A DNA stretch of 64,000 bases from Anthoceros angustus (taxonomy: Eukaryota; Plantae; Anthocerotophyta): the NCBI GenBank assembly GCA_010909165.1, contig MU008162.1, positions 992,001 through 1,056,000 of the forward strand, written 5' to 3'. Under the pieces are notes generated by a model. It was not told the DNA's origin. It made no database searches and worked only from the letters and a program-made list of their open reading frames with translations. Numbering within the stretch: the first letter of the stretch is position 1; each line of letters opens with the position of its first letter. Shown here piece after piece: positions 11,403 to 24,200 of the stretch. Both the position numbers and the translations under genes were made by a program.

Positions 11403-13707
11403 CTAGGCTACATGAGAGATGTCACAGGGCCGGTGGGCAGTCCAGGAGGGCATAGAGTTTCTCAGCATGAACTCTTGGCTGCGGGGAGAGGAGGAGCACA
11501 GGATCTTGGCGGTGCACAGCTCGTCGGCGTTTGGGGGAACCGTGGGCTTGAATTTGAGGAGCTTGGAGTAAGCCTGGAGGAGGTGGAGCATGTAGTCGTA
11601 GACGAAGTCCATGTGCAGCTCTTCTTGCATGAACCTTTGCCCTCGCTGAGCGATTTCCTTGGCCTGGCACACAACAGGGAGGAGGGCTTTCAGACTGGAG
11701 AGAGTATGACAAAAGGAGAGCGTTGGGTTTAGGAGGAGTGTGGTAGCAGCACCTCTGCCTCATGGCTGTCGCCCCAGGCCACTTGGGAGTCGAGGGAGTG
11801 GCATAGGTCGTCCCGGGAGGCAGGGAGGAAATGCATCATGGGTTGCAAACTCCGGGTGAAGAATTCGTAGTACTGGGAAGCGATAGCCAGCATCGGTGAG
11901 CCACATGACATGATGAACTTGTAGCTCACGGACCATGCGTTTCCTTCAGCATATATCATGTACCTGCACATCACAAGACATGCATGAGACATGCACTGCA
12001 GCCACCATATGAGAATACGGAATGCACCAGAAGCCTCATCACCTGTACTTGCAATGGGAGGCAAGACTTGACGACTTGAACCCGTTGGCTCTCTCTGCGC
12101 CCCAGTTCTGCTCGGCAGTACGCGCAACCGTTTAGCCCGACCCACAATCCATCCATGGGAGAAAAGAAAAACAAGCCTGCCTCTGCAAACAAACCCAGAC
12201 GAGACACGTGCACCAGAACCTGCTCAAAGACACGAATGGTCGATTCAGGATGCTTGGAAGCGTCACACTCAAGCAAAAGCCGCCGGATGCCTCCAACCCA
12301 CGGGTTCCCTTTCCAGAAGGTAATCCTCTCCCGATCCTCCCACTTGCGCTCTTTGGCAGCCCGAAATATGCTCTCTCCCGTCACTTCCCAGGGCTGCACA
12401 TCAACCTCAGGCCTGCAAAACCCACAACATCACGGGCCTCAAAACCTCACCAAACTTTGCACCCAAAGCAGCAAGCGAGGAAGACATCACACATACCATC
12501 CCCAAAAAGACCAGTCAGGAAAGGGGACATTAAAGTGGCCCGGCGTGGTGCAGTAGCTGAAACCGAACGGAATCCCGGCCGGGTTCTTGGCCTCGGCCTT
12601 GGGGATGGTTGGCCAGTCCCCCGCCCAAAACACCATGTCCAAATCCGGCACCTGCCCAGGATACCTCTCCAGCAGCTGAGCCAGCCCCCAGAGCGTGAAT
12701 TGGCCTCTCGTCTCAAAAGTCTTGTCGTAGTACTCCACATGCATCTTGCCCTTCACGATGACTACCCTAAAATGCGCCCCGAAACTCCTGGCAGCCAGCA
12801 CGTTCTCCAGCCTCACCCCGGCCTCCTTCCAGGGCCCCAGATCATGCTGGATCCACCTGAAGTAGTCGGGGCATCGGCGGGTGGCATTCGTGAGCCACCA
12901 CCCGCTGGGAGTGGGCTCCTGCACCAGCCGGGAGTAGGGGCAGGCGAACCTGTCGCACCACGACCGGGCCGCATTTCCTAGGACCCTGGCCGCCCAGGGG
13001 GCCTTGGGATCTGGGGATCCCCGCAGCCCGTCATACCAGTCCCGCCTCTCCACCCTCGGCTTGTAGTCATCCTCGGGCAAGGACAAAGGGGGCGAGGCAT
13101 CCCACCTCACCTGCTCCTTCACCCAGTCCGGGAAGCCCCTCCAAGCCAGCAGCTGGGCACCCACAAAGCAGAGCAGGCAGAGCAGAGCAGCAATGTGGGT
13201 CAGAAGAGAGGAAGGAGAAGCGAGCCCAGGCTCACCCAAAGCCATCGCTGAGGAGGGAGGCGTACCTGGAGTCCCACCACCGCCAGCAGCACCAGGCCCA
13301 CAGCCACCAGAATCCGCTGCCGCGGGTTGCACGTCTTGGGCAGGCAGCAGGCCGGAAGGAAGGCTGAATCGCCCAACAACTTCATCCCTCCCGCCCGGAT
13401 CTACAGGATGCATTTCCCGGCGCAAAGCAGGGTCATTTGCAGGGCATCCAGGACAGCAATGTGAGATCTCTGGTTGCGATCGTGGCAGTGCGCGGATCTT
13501 GCGGGTGGAAGTCGATGCATGCCATAGGCTTCTGGCCTTTGGCCTTGGCCTTGGCTTTGGGCAGGCATTTGGGCTTGCATGATGTGTCTGAACAGTCTGT
13601 AGCAGGTCACCCGCACACTTGTCGCCCTGCACATTGCTCTCAGTACGCCAGACGCAGGTCAACCAGATAATCAAGAAAACGGAAAATCCAATTCCCTTGT
13701 TTCTCAT
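11403..13707 (-). CDS. Glycosyltransferase family 90 / CAP10-domain protein (plant 'O-glucosyltransferase rumi homolog' type); start codon uncertain
   Basis: Type-II TM segment, CPDYFRWIQHDLGPW, FPDWSFWGWPEV, RITFWKGNP, YAEGNAWSVSYKF and VYDYMLHLL. Internal exons 12412-12220, 12107-12043, 11963-11753 and 11663-11403 have GT-AG boundaries. Confidence 0.88.
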
Positions 13708-14500
13708 TAATGGCGCCAGTTGCAGCCCTGGACGGCCAGCTCCGAGCCTTCTCCCTCGGTTCCGAAGCTGGCCTGTAGTACATATTACAAGGAAGCCAGG
13801 GTTAGGAAATCTCTCATTTATGAAAAAAAAAGCGTGGAAGCGACGAACACTCGGAACGCACGTGGTGAGAGGAGAGGTAGGTGGTGGGTCTTTTATATAC
13901 AAATTAATGTACTTACTGTATGTACAGGGGAATCACTGAGGACGCGGTTGCTAGAAGGTTGCTTATTTGTACTGTAGTGATGACAAATCTCCGTCTGGAG
14001 GCCACAACACAACGACAAATCTCCACATGTACAAACAAACCAACCACCTGGCTACAGACCTGACAGCAACACATACAGTGTGTAGAATCCATCTGCAGAG
14101 ATGGGTGGCAGATGGAAACTTGGCAAGCAAGGAGAAAGTGTGAGAGGAAAAGCAGCAGGGATTTGGGTCGGTCAGTGTTAACATGTACGCACGCAAATCA
14201 ACTGAGCAAAGAATGTGGTGAGGTGAGGATGTGATGTAGTGTGCTTTGAGGGATGTGGGATGGTAACTAAGTGTATTAGGTGGGCGTGTGCCCGCAAGGC
14301 AGACACGAATTCTTCTACTACAATGTGAGGATAGATAGGTACTATACAACAAGGGGCACGGTTGGTGAAATCGGATTTCCATCTTTTCAATGCCCAAAGA
14401 ATGAGGATCTCGATCGCTGCTGGCTACAGGCTACTTTGATTTACGCATTCCGCAATTGCTACCAAAAAGGAAAAGGAGAGCTAAAAGAGAGGCAATAGGG

Positions 14501-16618
14501 CTACCAGAAGCCACCCGGGCCCAAGGCTAGTAGAAGCAGGGCTACCACGCAAGCACCCAGCCAGGATGATGATGATGACCTGAGGGAGAAAGCACTGGAG
14601 GGGATCTGGTCTGGTAGTGAGCACACCTCGCCGTTGAATATGACCTGTGATGGGAAGCCGTCGCCGTTCGCGATGTCTAGGGGCGGGAACACGTTGATGC
14701 CCTTCTTCGTGAAGGATATGCTGGATTGCATTTTGCCTGAATCGAAGCCCTGGTTTGACTCCTGAACGCCGATGAGGTAGTTCAGACCTTCCAAGCCGTG
14801 GAAGAAGACGGTGTTGTTCAGGTCTCCCGTGAGCTTCGTGCCGTTGAAGGAGTAGACGTTCTGATAGCCTGCCATGGACCTGTTGAGCTGCACTGCAGCG
14901 AACCAATCTGCCTGGGACACGTTTCCCCAGTTGAACAGAGTCACCCTTGCGCTCCAGCCGGTGGTGTAATCTGAGTAGATGTGCCAGTTGATGTTGATCG
15001 GACAGTTGTCCCCACAAGGTGTGATTGCAGGCTGCCGCAGCTTCCTCTGGATTGCCCATGACTTGGCCACCCTGCTCCTGTTCGCAAACGGGACTAGCAG
15101 CTCATAAGTTGGAAGTAGCAAGGCCTCCCCAGTTTGATCACAAGTCTGAGGGGAATCAGGAGATTTGAAGTAGATAGGGTTGGGCCGCTCCGGACACCCG
15201 CAAGCACATGTCGGGCAAGGAATCACAGAGTCGTTGTAAAACGCTGAAAATGAGACGCAGCACTTGGTCTTCACCGGAGAGGGAACTGTGATGTTGCAAG
15301 TCACTTGCCAGGTCATCACAGCCGAGATGAACCGCTGATAGTTGGTCGGATCAGGAAACTCACTCGGTTCCACCACAATTGGGTTGGAGCAAGTATACCG
15401 CTCACCGATACTCCACAGGCTAGGAGGCACAAGGTGGTCCCTGCTGGCAGAAGCTTGCAACTTGTTCACTCCCATTAAAAACACGGACCGCGACTGCAGA
15501 GGGTCCATGATCTTGGGAAGGAGTGTTCCATTCCTGCAGCAGAAGGGAATCTGCCCAACCTGGTTGTCGTTGTACTTATCAGGGGTGAGATCCACAATGG
15601 TAGGAGTAGTCTGACAGCTCACAACCTTAGTGAAGTCCGCACCCGGATTCTCCACTCCAGGTTCACCATTGATGCAATCTGCTTGGTCCTGTTCCGTGGT
15701 CACTGCTCCTTTCATCCATTGTATGTACTCCCCTTCCGTCCAGGTCCAGTTAAGATTCCAGTTGTCCACGCGCCCAAGGGGATTGTCGTTGGATATTGTG
15801 ACTTGAGCCACGTAGCTCCCTGGATTTGTTTGCAGCACATCATACACTAAGGTAACATCACCCGTCTGCCGTGGCGCATACAGGGGAGCTAAATCCTTAT
15901 TCACAGCATCTTTGTCCTCAGCACAGCACACCGCCAGCGTAACATTTGCTGCAAAAGGTCAACAAAACCGTCAGAAACACAAAGAGAGTGCAGTCAGCAG
16001 AAGAAAAACAGGTACACCAATCAATCAAATCTACACCACGTCCAACCTACTAAAACTCCAACTACGATGCACAGGCAACTTACAGATAAGCGTAGCGATT
16101 CCGCACTTCCACCCGGGGTTCAGAAAGCTGATGTTGTGCGGCAACGGAAACTTGTTAGCATAATTCCCAAGGATTGTCCCCTTAAGATCGACTACGGCCT
16201 GTATCTTGGTGAGATCCCCGGCGGTCTCCCTTGCTGTCAGCAGGTTCCCGTTGGGAAAGCCCTGAAACACAGTCCCGTTGTCCACCTGAGCTGGAAGCGG
16301 AGATCCGTCCGCCAACACTGTGTTTGGAGCCGACACGAGCACCGTCCTGTTGAGGAATCCAACAAACACCTGCCAGTTCCTCACCTCCTCGAACCCGTGG
16401 TTTGTGACTGTCAAAACGTCATTGAACACATACGGCTGATCAGCATCCCCCTTCGGCAGCTTCTGCAAGTCGGCAAAGCCCCCGGACGTATAACTCACAA
16501 CAACCCCTACACACGACTCCGTCAGATTCGTGCTAGTCTGACAAGCCGATTCCTTCACCAAAACCAGAAGCAGCAGCACGGCAGGCCACATCCACCTCCC
16601 TCCACCAAACGGCCTCAT
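14501..16618 (-). CDS. COBL: COBRA-like GPI-anchored protein, COBL7-type long form; exons 16618-16084 and 15948-14501
   Basis: Signal peptide, N-terminal extension, COBRA domain (NWNLNWTWTEGEYIQWMKGA, PFCCRNGTLLP), CCVSFSAFYNDSVIPCPTCACGC, and a hydrophobic GPI-type tail. Confidence 0.93.
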
Positions 16619-17290
16619 TTTCCTTCCCCTCCGACTCCAAGAAGCGGATCCAAAACCTACTCCCGCCGCCACTCACTCCAGATCTCACAGATCCTCCACA
16701 CACACTGCGAAATCCCTCCGTTCCAACAGATGCAACCTCTTCCAGCATCCGAAATTGCCACAGATCCAGCGCGACTCCGCGCGTCTCATACCCGATCCTC
16801 CTCTCCACCGCCGCGGCAACCCGGGGTGCCACGCAGGGAAAAACGCGCGGTTCCAGCCGCAGGTTGCACAAGAAACACAAATGCCGGTGCCGCAGCCACA
16901 CTGCCTGCCTGCCTGCCTCCACCTCACGGCCGCTGCAGAGAGGAGCACGGTGCCGCAGCGGGAGATGGAGCGGCCTGCCTTTAGAACCTTTCAGCGCGAC
17001 GCGGAGAGGGCGGCAGCAGGCACTTCCCGGGAACACCTGGAGGCCAGCAACACCATAGCTGTACACTACACTACCCGGCGCCTTCTTTCTTCCATGTAGG
17101 AACCACCCGCCGGATAATTCCTCCCGGGTCTCCAGGTCGCCAGTCTCCGCGCCCACTGTTTGAACGATGCCACCGCATCGCGCGGCAACCAACGGTAAAA
17201 ATCATCGCAGCTCCCGAACCCCGAACTGAACCGAACCGAACCAGGCTCGGCACCGCCCGCGGTCAAGTCCGCGTTCTTCTCACGTTGTCT

Positions 17291-18520
17291 GTCAAGGATG
17301 GATGCGAGTCTGTCAAGGACGCGATGTCTACAAGGATTTTATTTAAGTCCGATAAGAACATACCAATGTACATAGTTAGTAGTTACAAATGGCGGTGGAG
17401 ACTTTATTAAAAAGAAGAGATGGGGAAATTTATCTATCTCGAACCGGGGGACAACCTACTAAAGGGCCAAGAGCCAGGGCTAGTTACTGCGAATGCTAAC
17501 CCCGAAGCTATCTATCGCCCCAGTTATGTTGTGGTCCAAGATGAGGAAATGGCTCCTACAATTGGTGCCGATGATACCACGTTTCCTATGCTCGTTGCCG
17601 TCCTGTGAATAGCATTGGCTAGCGAGCCAAGTGGGACCCTGAGTTTTCGAGGGGGGCTCGATACCTGTAGGCTGAGAGAGAACAGGCCAGAGACTAGACC
17701 AAACCCAGGTGGAACCTCATCGCTGTAGGAAAAGAAGCTGGTGCGATTTGGTACGCCTAAATGCAAGGCCGAGCCTGAAGCCAGGAGCCTGCTCCCTTCC
17801 TCAAGCAAGAGCGGATGCGGGCACGAACAAGAGTCCAGAAGGATTGCCCGCTGCGCCTGCCTGTACTACTTCTCTTGGAGAGAGGCCTAAAGGCTACGTA
17901 GCCCTTTAACAGGGATTGGAAATGCCACCAGCACCATTTTCCCCATCCACAAACTATATGAAAGCCTTCCAACGGCTTCTCTGCACACAACCAGTAAGAG
18001 CATCAAAAGACACACCTCAATCAAACAGAAACATAGAATGGAGACCCTTCATCATGCAATAATTTTTGGGAGGAAATGGATGGGAGGTTGAGGTTGCAGC
18101 TAACGTGATGCTCATGAGTGGTAAACAGGTTGACACGGTGAAGGAAGGAACGCTTACTGCAAAGAATGTAAGCAACCCCCTCAGCGGGATAAGGGTCAAA
18201 TGGCTAGAGGCAATCAACGCTGCGGATAGCAAGAAGTGAAAAGCAAATGTACACTATGGCGGAAAACAAATGAGAGCTTCTGGAAAACAAGGAAAAGAAA
18301 ATCACGTCCTAGGTTAGAAGAATAGGCTTCATCCATGGCTTTCCGTGAGTCGTGAATTTAGGATTGTCGACACTAATCGGTGGCTTGTGCCACAAGGCAC
18401 AACTAGGCGATGAGGGCAGCACATTTGAAAGTCGCAAACTTAAAATTAAGCTGAGCTTGAAGATCAGGAGACTTAAGTCCCCACCCCCCAAAAAACCAAA
18501 GGTCAGCAGATAATTCCACA
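17291..18520 (-). mobile_element. Possible 3' LTR of the copia remnant (boundaries tentative)
   Basis: On the minus strand the RNase H stop is followed by a PPT-like TTTGAGGTAT and then TGTGGA at 18520. A TGT...ACA-compatible left end lies at ~17291 or 17312. No TSD or partner LTR found. Confidence 0.35.
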
Positions 18521-18539
18521 ATACCTCAAAGCAAAAAGC

Positions 18540-19000
18540 TAAATTTTTGAGTCATAAGGACTCCATGTGTTGCGAGTGTTTGAGCGTAGGTAGAGCCTTA
18601 GTCAATATGTCTGTAGTATTTTCAGGTATTGGAATATACTGAACTTTGATCACTCCTCTTGAGACAGTATCTCTAATATAAATAGTGATGCTTAATCTCG
18701 AAATATTTGATCCTGGCATGGAAACAAGGATTCGCCACCAAAGCAATTACAAAGTTGTGCTCACAGTGTACAATAATGGCTGAGTCTGCTCAAAGTGCAA
18801 GTCTTTGAGGTTATCTCGTTCTCATCTCCTTTGCGGAATCTGTTAAAGATCTAGCTGTATTTTACAATGTATTGTTTAAAAAGAAATATTAGCATAAACA
18901 AAATACGATCTAAAGCAATTTTTATAGGATGTGCATACTCCACATCTAGGCAAATGCTAGTGTAGAATATGGCTCCTAGAGCCTTAAATGCATTGAGTTA
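18540..19000 (-). mobile_element. Degenerate Ty1/copia RNase H remnant
   Basis: Across frameshifts it reads ...IALVANPCFHARIKYFEIKHH/IRDTVSRGVIKVQYIP..NTTDILTKAL, matching the copia RNase H C-terminus (NPxFHxRxKHI..xYIPT.xNxADILTK). Confidence 0.8.
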
Positions 19001-20816
19001 TGCAAGCAAATTGCGAGCAAATATACACCTCTAATACCCATCATAATAAAATCAATTGCTCTAAGTGATTTTATTATGATTATAAAGCATTATTTATATA
19101 CAATGGAATGTTTGTTGGGGGTGGTTATAATCTCTTGTAACCAATTAACTAATTAAATAACCAATCCTAATCCTAGAAATTGATTAGTACCTAAAACTAA
19201 GAATTTAATAAGAATTTAGACCTTTAATATGAAGAGTGCCCTATTTTAGATAATGCCCCTAATATATTATTTCAGAGGATCTGCTTGTTGGTGCAATTGA
19301 GTTTCTCTGTGAGTGAGTTGTAGGTGGATATGGTAATTTCGCGTGCCTTTTGGCTTTGGAAAGGATTTTTGCCAAGAAAACAGGTACACCAATCAATCAA
19401 ATCTACACCACGTCCAACCTACTAAAGGGCCAAGAGCCAGGGCTAGTTACTGCGAATGCTAACCCCGAAGCTATCTATCGCCCCGATTATGTTGTGGTCC
19501 AAGATGAGGAAATGGCTCCTACAATTGGGATGATACCACGTTCCTATGCTCTGCCGTGTGAATAGCATTGGCTAGCGAGCCAAGTGGGACCCCGAGTTTT
19601 CGAGGGGCTCGACACTGAGTGAGAGAACAGCGAGACTAGACCAAACCAGGTGGAACCTCATCAGAGGAAAAGAAGCAGTGCGATTTGGTACGCCTAAATG
19701 CAAGGCCGAGCTCCCGGCAGGAGCTGCTCCTTCCTCAAAAGAGCGGATGCGGCACGAACAAGAGTCCGGAAGGATTGCTCATTGCACCGCCTCTACTTCT
19801 CTTGGAGAGAGGCCTAAAGGCTACGTAGCCCTTTACAGGGATTGGAAATGCCACCAGCACCATTTTCCCCATCCACAAACTATATGAAAGCCTTCCCGGC
19901 TTCACAAACAAAAGAAGAGCATCAAAAGACACACCTCAATCAAGGAAACATAGAATGGAGACCCTTCATCATGCAATAATTTTTGGGAGGAAATGGATGG
20001 GAGGTTGAGGTTGCAGCTAACGTGATGCTCATGAGTGGTAAACAGGTTGACACGGTGAAGGAAGGAACGCTTACTGCAAAGAATGTAAGCAACCCCCTCA
20101 GCGGGATAAGGGTCAAATGGCTAGAGGCAATCAGAACGCCGTTGCCAGATAGCAAGAAGTGAAAAACGAAACAGACACTATGGCGACAGAAAACAAATGA
20201 GAGACAGCTTCTACAGAAAAACAAGGGAAAAGAAAATCACGAAGTCCTAGGTTAGAAGAATAGGCTTCATCCATGGCTTTCCAGGAGCTGTGAATTTAGG
20301 ATTGTCGCTGACACTAACTGGTGGCTTGTGCCACAAGGCACAACTAGGCAGATGAGGGCAGCACATGCTGAAAGCTGCAAACTTAAAATTAAGCTGAGCT
20401 TGAAGATCAGGAGACTTAAGTCCCCACCCCCCAAAAAACCAAAGGTCAGCAGATAATTCCACAATACCTCAAAGCAAAAAGCTAAATTTTTGAGTCATAA
20501 GGACTCCATGTGTTGCGAGTGTTTGAGCGTAGGTAGAGCCTTAGTCATAGTATTTTAGTATTTTCGTATTGGAATATCGAACTTTGATCACTCCTCTTGA
20601 GACAAGATTCTAATATAAATAGTGATGCTTAATCTCGAAATATTTGATCCGGCATGGAAACAAGGATTCGCCACCAAAGCAATTACAAAGTTGTGCTCAC
20701 GGTACAATAATGGTCGAGTCTCAAAGTGCAAGTCTTTGAGGTTATCTCGTTCTCATCTCCTTTATGAATCGTTAAAGATCTAGTCAGATTTTACAATGTA
20801 TTGTTTAAAAGAAATA

Positions 20817-21231
20817 TTAGCATAATTCCCAAGGATTGTCCCCTTAAGATCGACTACGGCCTGTATCTTGGTGAGATCCCCGGCGGTCTCCCTTGCTGTC
20901 AGCAGGTTCCCGTTGGGAAAGCCCTGAAACACAGTCCCGTTGTCCACCTGAGCTGGAAGCGGAGATCCGTCCGCCAACACTGTGTTTGGAGCCGACACGA
21001 GCACCGTCCTGTTGAGGAATCCAACAAACACCTGCCAGTTCCTCACCTCCTCGAACCCGTGGTTTGTGACTGTCAAAACGTCATTGAACACATACGGCTG
21101 ATCAGCATCCCCCTTCGGCAGCTTCGGGTAAGTCGGCAAAGCCCCCCCGGACGTATAACTCACAACAACCCCTACACACGACTCCGTCAGATTCGTGCTA
21201 GTCTGACAAGCCGATTCCTTCACCAAAACCA
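20817..21231 (-). pseudogene. Internal copy of COBL exon 1 (source ~16155-16565)
   Basis: Near-identical to COBL exon 1. Bounded by junctions into the copia-derived segment. Confidence 0.9.
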
Positions 21232-24200
21232 AAGGTCGCAGATAATTCCTCCTGGTCTCCAGGTCGCCAGTCTCCGCGCCCACTGTTTGAACGATGCCAC
21301 CGCATCGCGCGGCAACCAACGGTAAAAATCATCGCAGCTCCCGAACCCCGAACTGAACCGAACCGAACCAGGCTCGGCACCGCCCGCGGTCAAGTCCGCG
21401 TTCTTCTCACGTTGTCTGTCAAGGATGGATGCGAGTCTGTCAAGGACGCGATGTCTACAAGGATTCGCCACCAAAGCAATTACAAAGTTGTGCTCACGGT
21501 ACAATAATGGTCGAGTCTCAAAGTGCAAGTCTTTGAGGTTATCTCGTTCTCATCTCCTTTATGAATCGTTAAAGATCTAGTCAGATTTTACAATGTATTG
21601 TTTAAAAAGAAATATTAGCATAAACAAAATACGATCTAAAGCAATTTTTATAGGATGTGCATACTCCACATCTAGGCAAATGCTAGTGTAGAATATGGCT
21701 CCTACAATTGGTGCCGATGATACCACGTTTCCTATGCTCGTTGCCGTCCTGTGAATAGCATTGGCTAGCGAGCCAAGTGGGACCCCGAGTTTTCGAGGGG
21801 CTCACACCGAGAGAGAGGGGCCGAGAGAACAGCGAGACTAGACCAAACCTGTGGAACCTCATGTGGGAAAAGAAGTGCGCGATTTGGTACGCCTAAATGC
21901 AAGGCCGAGGGGTGAGCTCCCCTTCCTCAAGCAAGAGCGGATGCGGGCACGAACAAGAGTCCGAGGATTGCCTCACCGCGCTCTGCTACTTCTCTTGGAG
22001 AGAGGCCTAAAGGCTACGTAGCCCTTTAACAGGGATTGGAAATGCCACCAGCACCATTTTCCCCATCCACAAACTATATGAAAGCCTTCCAACGCTTCTC
22101 CACATTGACATAAGAGAGCATCAAAAGACACACCTCAATCAAACAGAAACATAGAATGGAGACCCTTCATCATGCAATAATTTTTGGGAGGAAATGGATG
22201 GGAGGTTGAGGAGTTCCAAATGCCCGGCCTCCTACTTTTGTGATCAATATGTCCGTAGTATTTTCGGTATTGGAATATCTTGAACTTTGATCACGCTTCT
22301 ATTTGCATTACTTCCCTTCCACTAGCAAGAAAAGGAGAACTTAACAGCAGATTTTACAACGTTTCATAATGGCCGTTGTAGAATTTGTATTGTAAACACC
22401 CCGTCTTAACCCAGAATGCCCAACGATATATATCACGGTGAGGTTTTGAGGGTGCTTTCTCCAGACTTCAACATACATAGGCCAACGAAAAATCTTGATG
22501 TTTGTGTACATTGCTCCCGTCGAGAGAGAAACGCATCATTTGAAATGTCACTGAAACCCACCATCACACCTGCTACCATAAGAATTGAGGGTCTAAGCCC
22601 TTAGAATCGTCATAGCCCTCGTTAACCATAGTTTACGGGCTAAGCCGAGCCCGCTTCAAACCCCACGCGGGCCTAGTTTTTTTATCAATAACCCATGGGT
22701 TAGGACCTTCTTTAGGATGAAAGCATTGCTCAAGGTTGAGGAGTTCCAAATGCCTGGCCTCCTACTTTTGTGATCAATATGTTTGGTTACAAAGTTTGCA
22801 TATAACAATTACAAAGTTTAAATATAGAATTGGAGCGTGGCTTTCCAATGGTCGGTAGAAATGGCTATGTCGACCTCTCGGAAACATGGTCGGTTTAATT
22901 TGCGCGCCGGTCGGTGACACAGATGGCTAAGCATAAATATCATAAAACATGGCATATCATAGCCAGAAGAAGTTAAGAGCAGCTCGTGTTGTAGGTCAAG
23001 TGGCTTCTTTTCGTGGGGATGAATTGGTGGTGTTTGGCCTTCGTTCGCACAATGTCGCTGACATTGTTGATTGATTGAAAATTATTTATCTGTTTTAAAT
23101 TTTACTTTTACATTAATCCAAACTATTTTACCACAATCTATATAGTTTTCATATTTCAGTCCCATGACGAAAATCCATCCTTAGTGGACTTAAATAAAAT
23201 TCTTCTTCTTCTTCTCATATCATTTTATGGGCGGTATGTTTTTCCATCCCAGGGCCTCATGATATTTCCCACCCATGGATGGCCACGGCGGGGACTTTGC
23301 CGGTCCCCGTTTCACATGGCCGGTACATTTATTTTTATTGTACCCTTTATATAGGTGTATATAATGGTCTCTCCTGGCCAAAGGCACATCACTATGTTAC
23401 TCAGCAGTCCTCCTCTCTGAAAGTGCAGATGCCTGCCCTCCTGTAAGGAAGCAGAGCTTGCACAGGCCTTTAGGAGGCAAGCACAAGTAACAGGGTGAGC
23501 GAGAATCAGGCCCTCCTGCTCCATTTGTCAATTCAGAACAAGCACCTCTTGGCCGAGCTGAGGCCTTCTTGCTCCATTGGTCCATACACGACAAGCGCCC
23601 CTGGCTGAATCCTTGCTCTGGATACCCAGCAATCAGGCCGTCCCATGACACCACATTCTTCATGTTCAAGCTGTCAAAACCTGGCGTGCATGTTTCAGCT
23701 CACCACATTTTGCATACCCAGCGATCAGGGCATTCCACGTCACCACATCCTTTACGGCTAAGTTGTCAAAAACCCGCCGAGCATCTTTCAGCTCACCACA
23801 TTTAGCATAGATGACCACCTGTATGTCATCCAGCAGTCAGTTAGTGCAGCTGCCTGCTCTTCTGTAAGGCACCAGTGCTTACAAAGCCTTAAAGATCTAG
23901 TCAGATTTTACAATGTATTGTTTAAAAAGAAATATTAGCATAAAACAAAATACGATCTAAAGCAATTTTTATAGGATGTGCATACTCCACATCTAGGCAA
24001 ATGCTAGTGTAGAATATGGCTCCTAGAGCCTTAAATGCATTGAGTTATGCAAGCAAATTGCGAGCAAATATACACCTCTAATACCCATCATGCAATAATT
24101 TTTGGGAGGAAATGGATGGGAGGTTGAGGTTGCAGCTAACGTGATGCTCATGAGTGGTAAAACAGTTGACACGGTGAAGGAAGGAACGCCATCGCAAAGA

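Noticed and set aside
16067-16984. 305-aa plus-strand ORF
   Set aside because: Antisense shadow of COBL exon 1 and its GC-rich leader; no recognisable domain.
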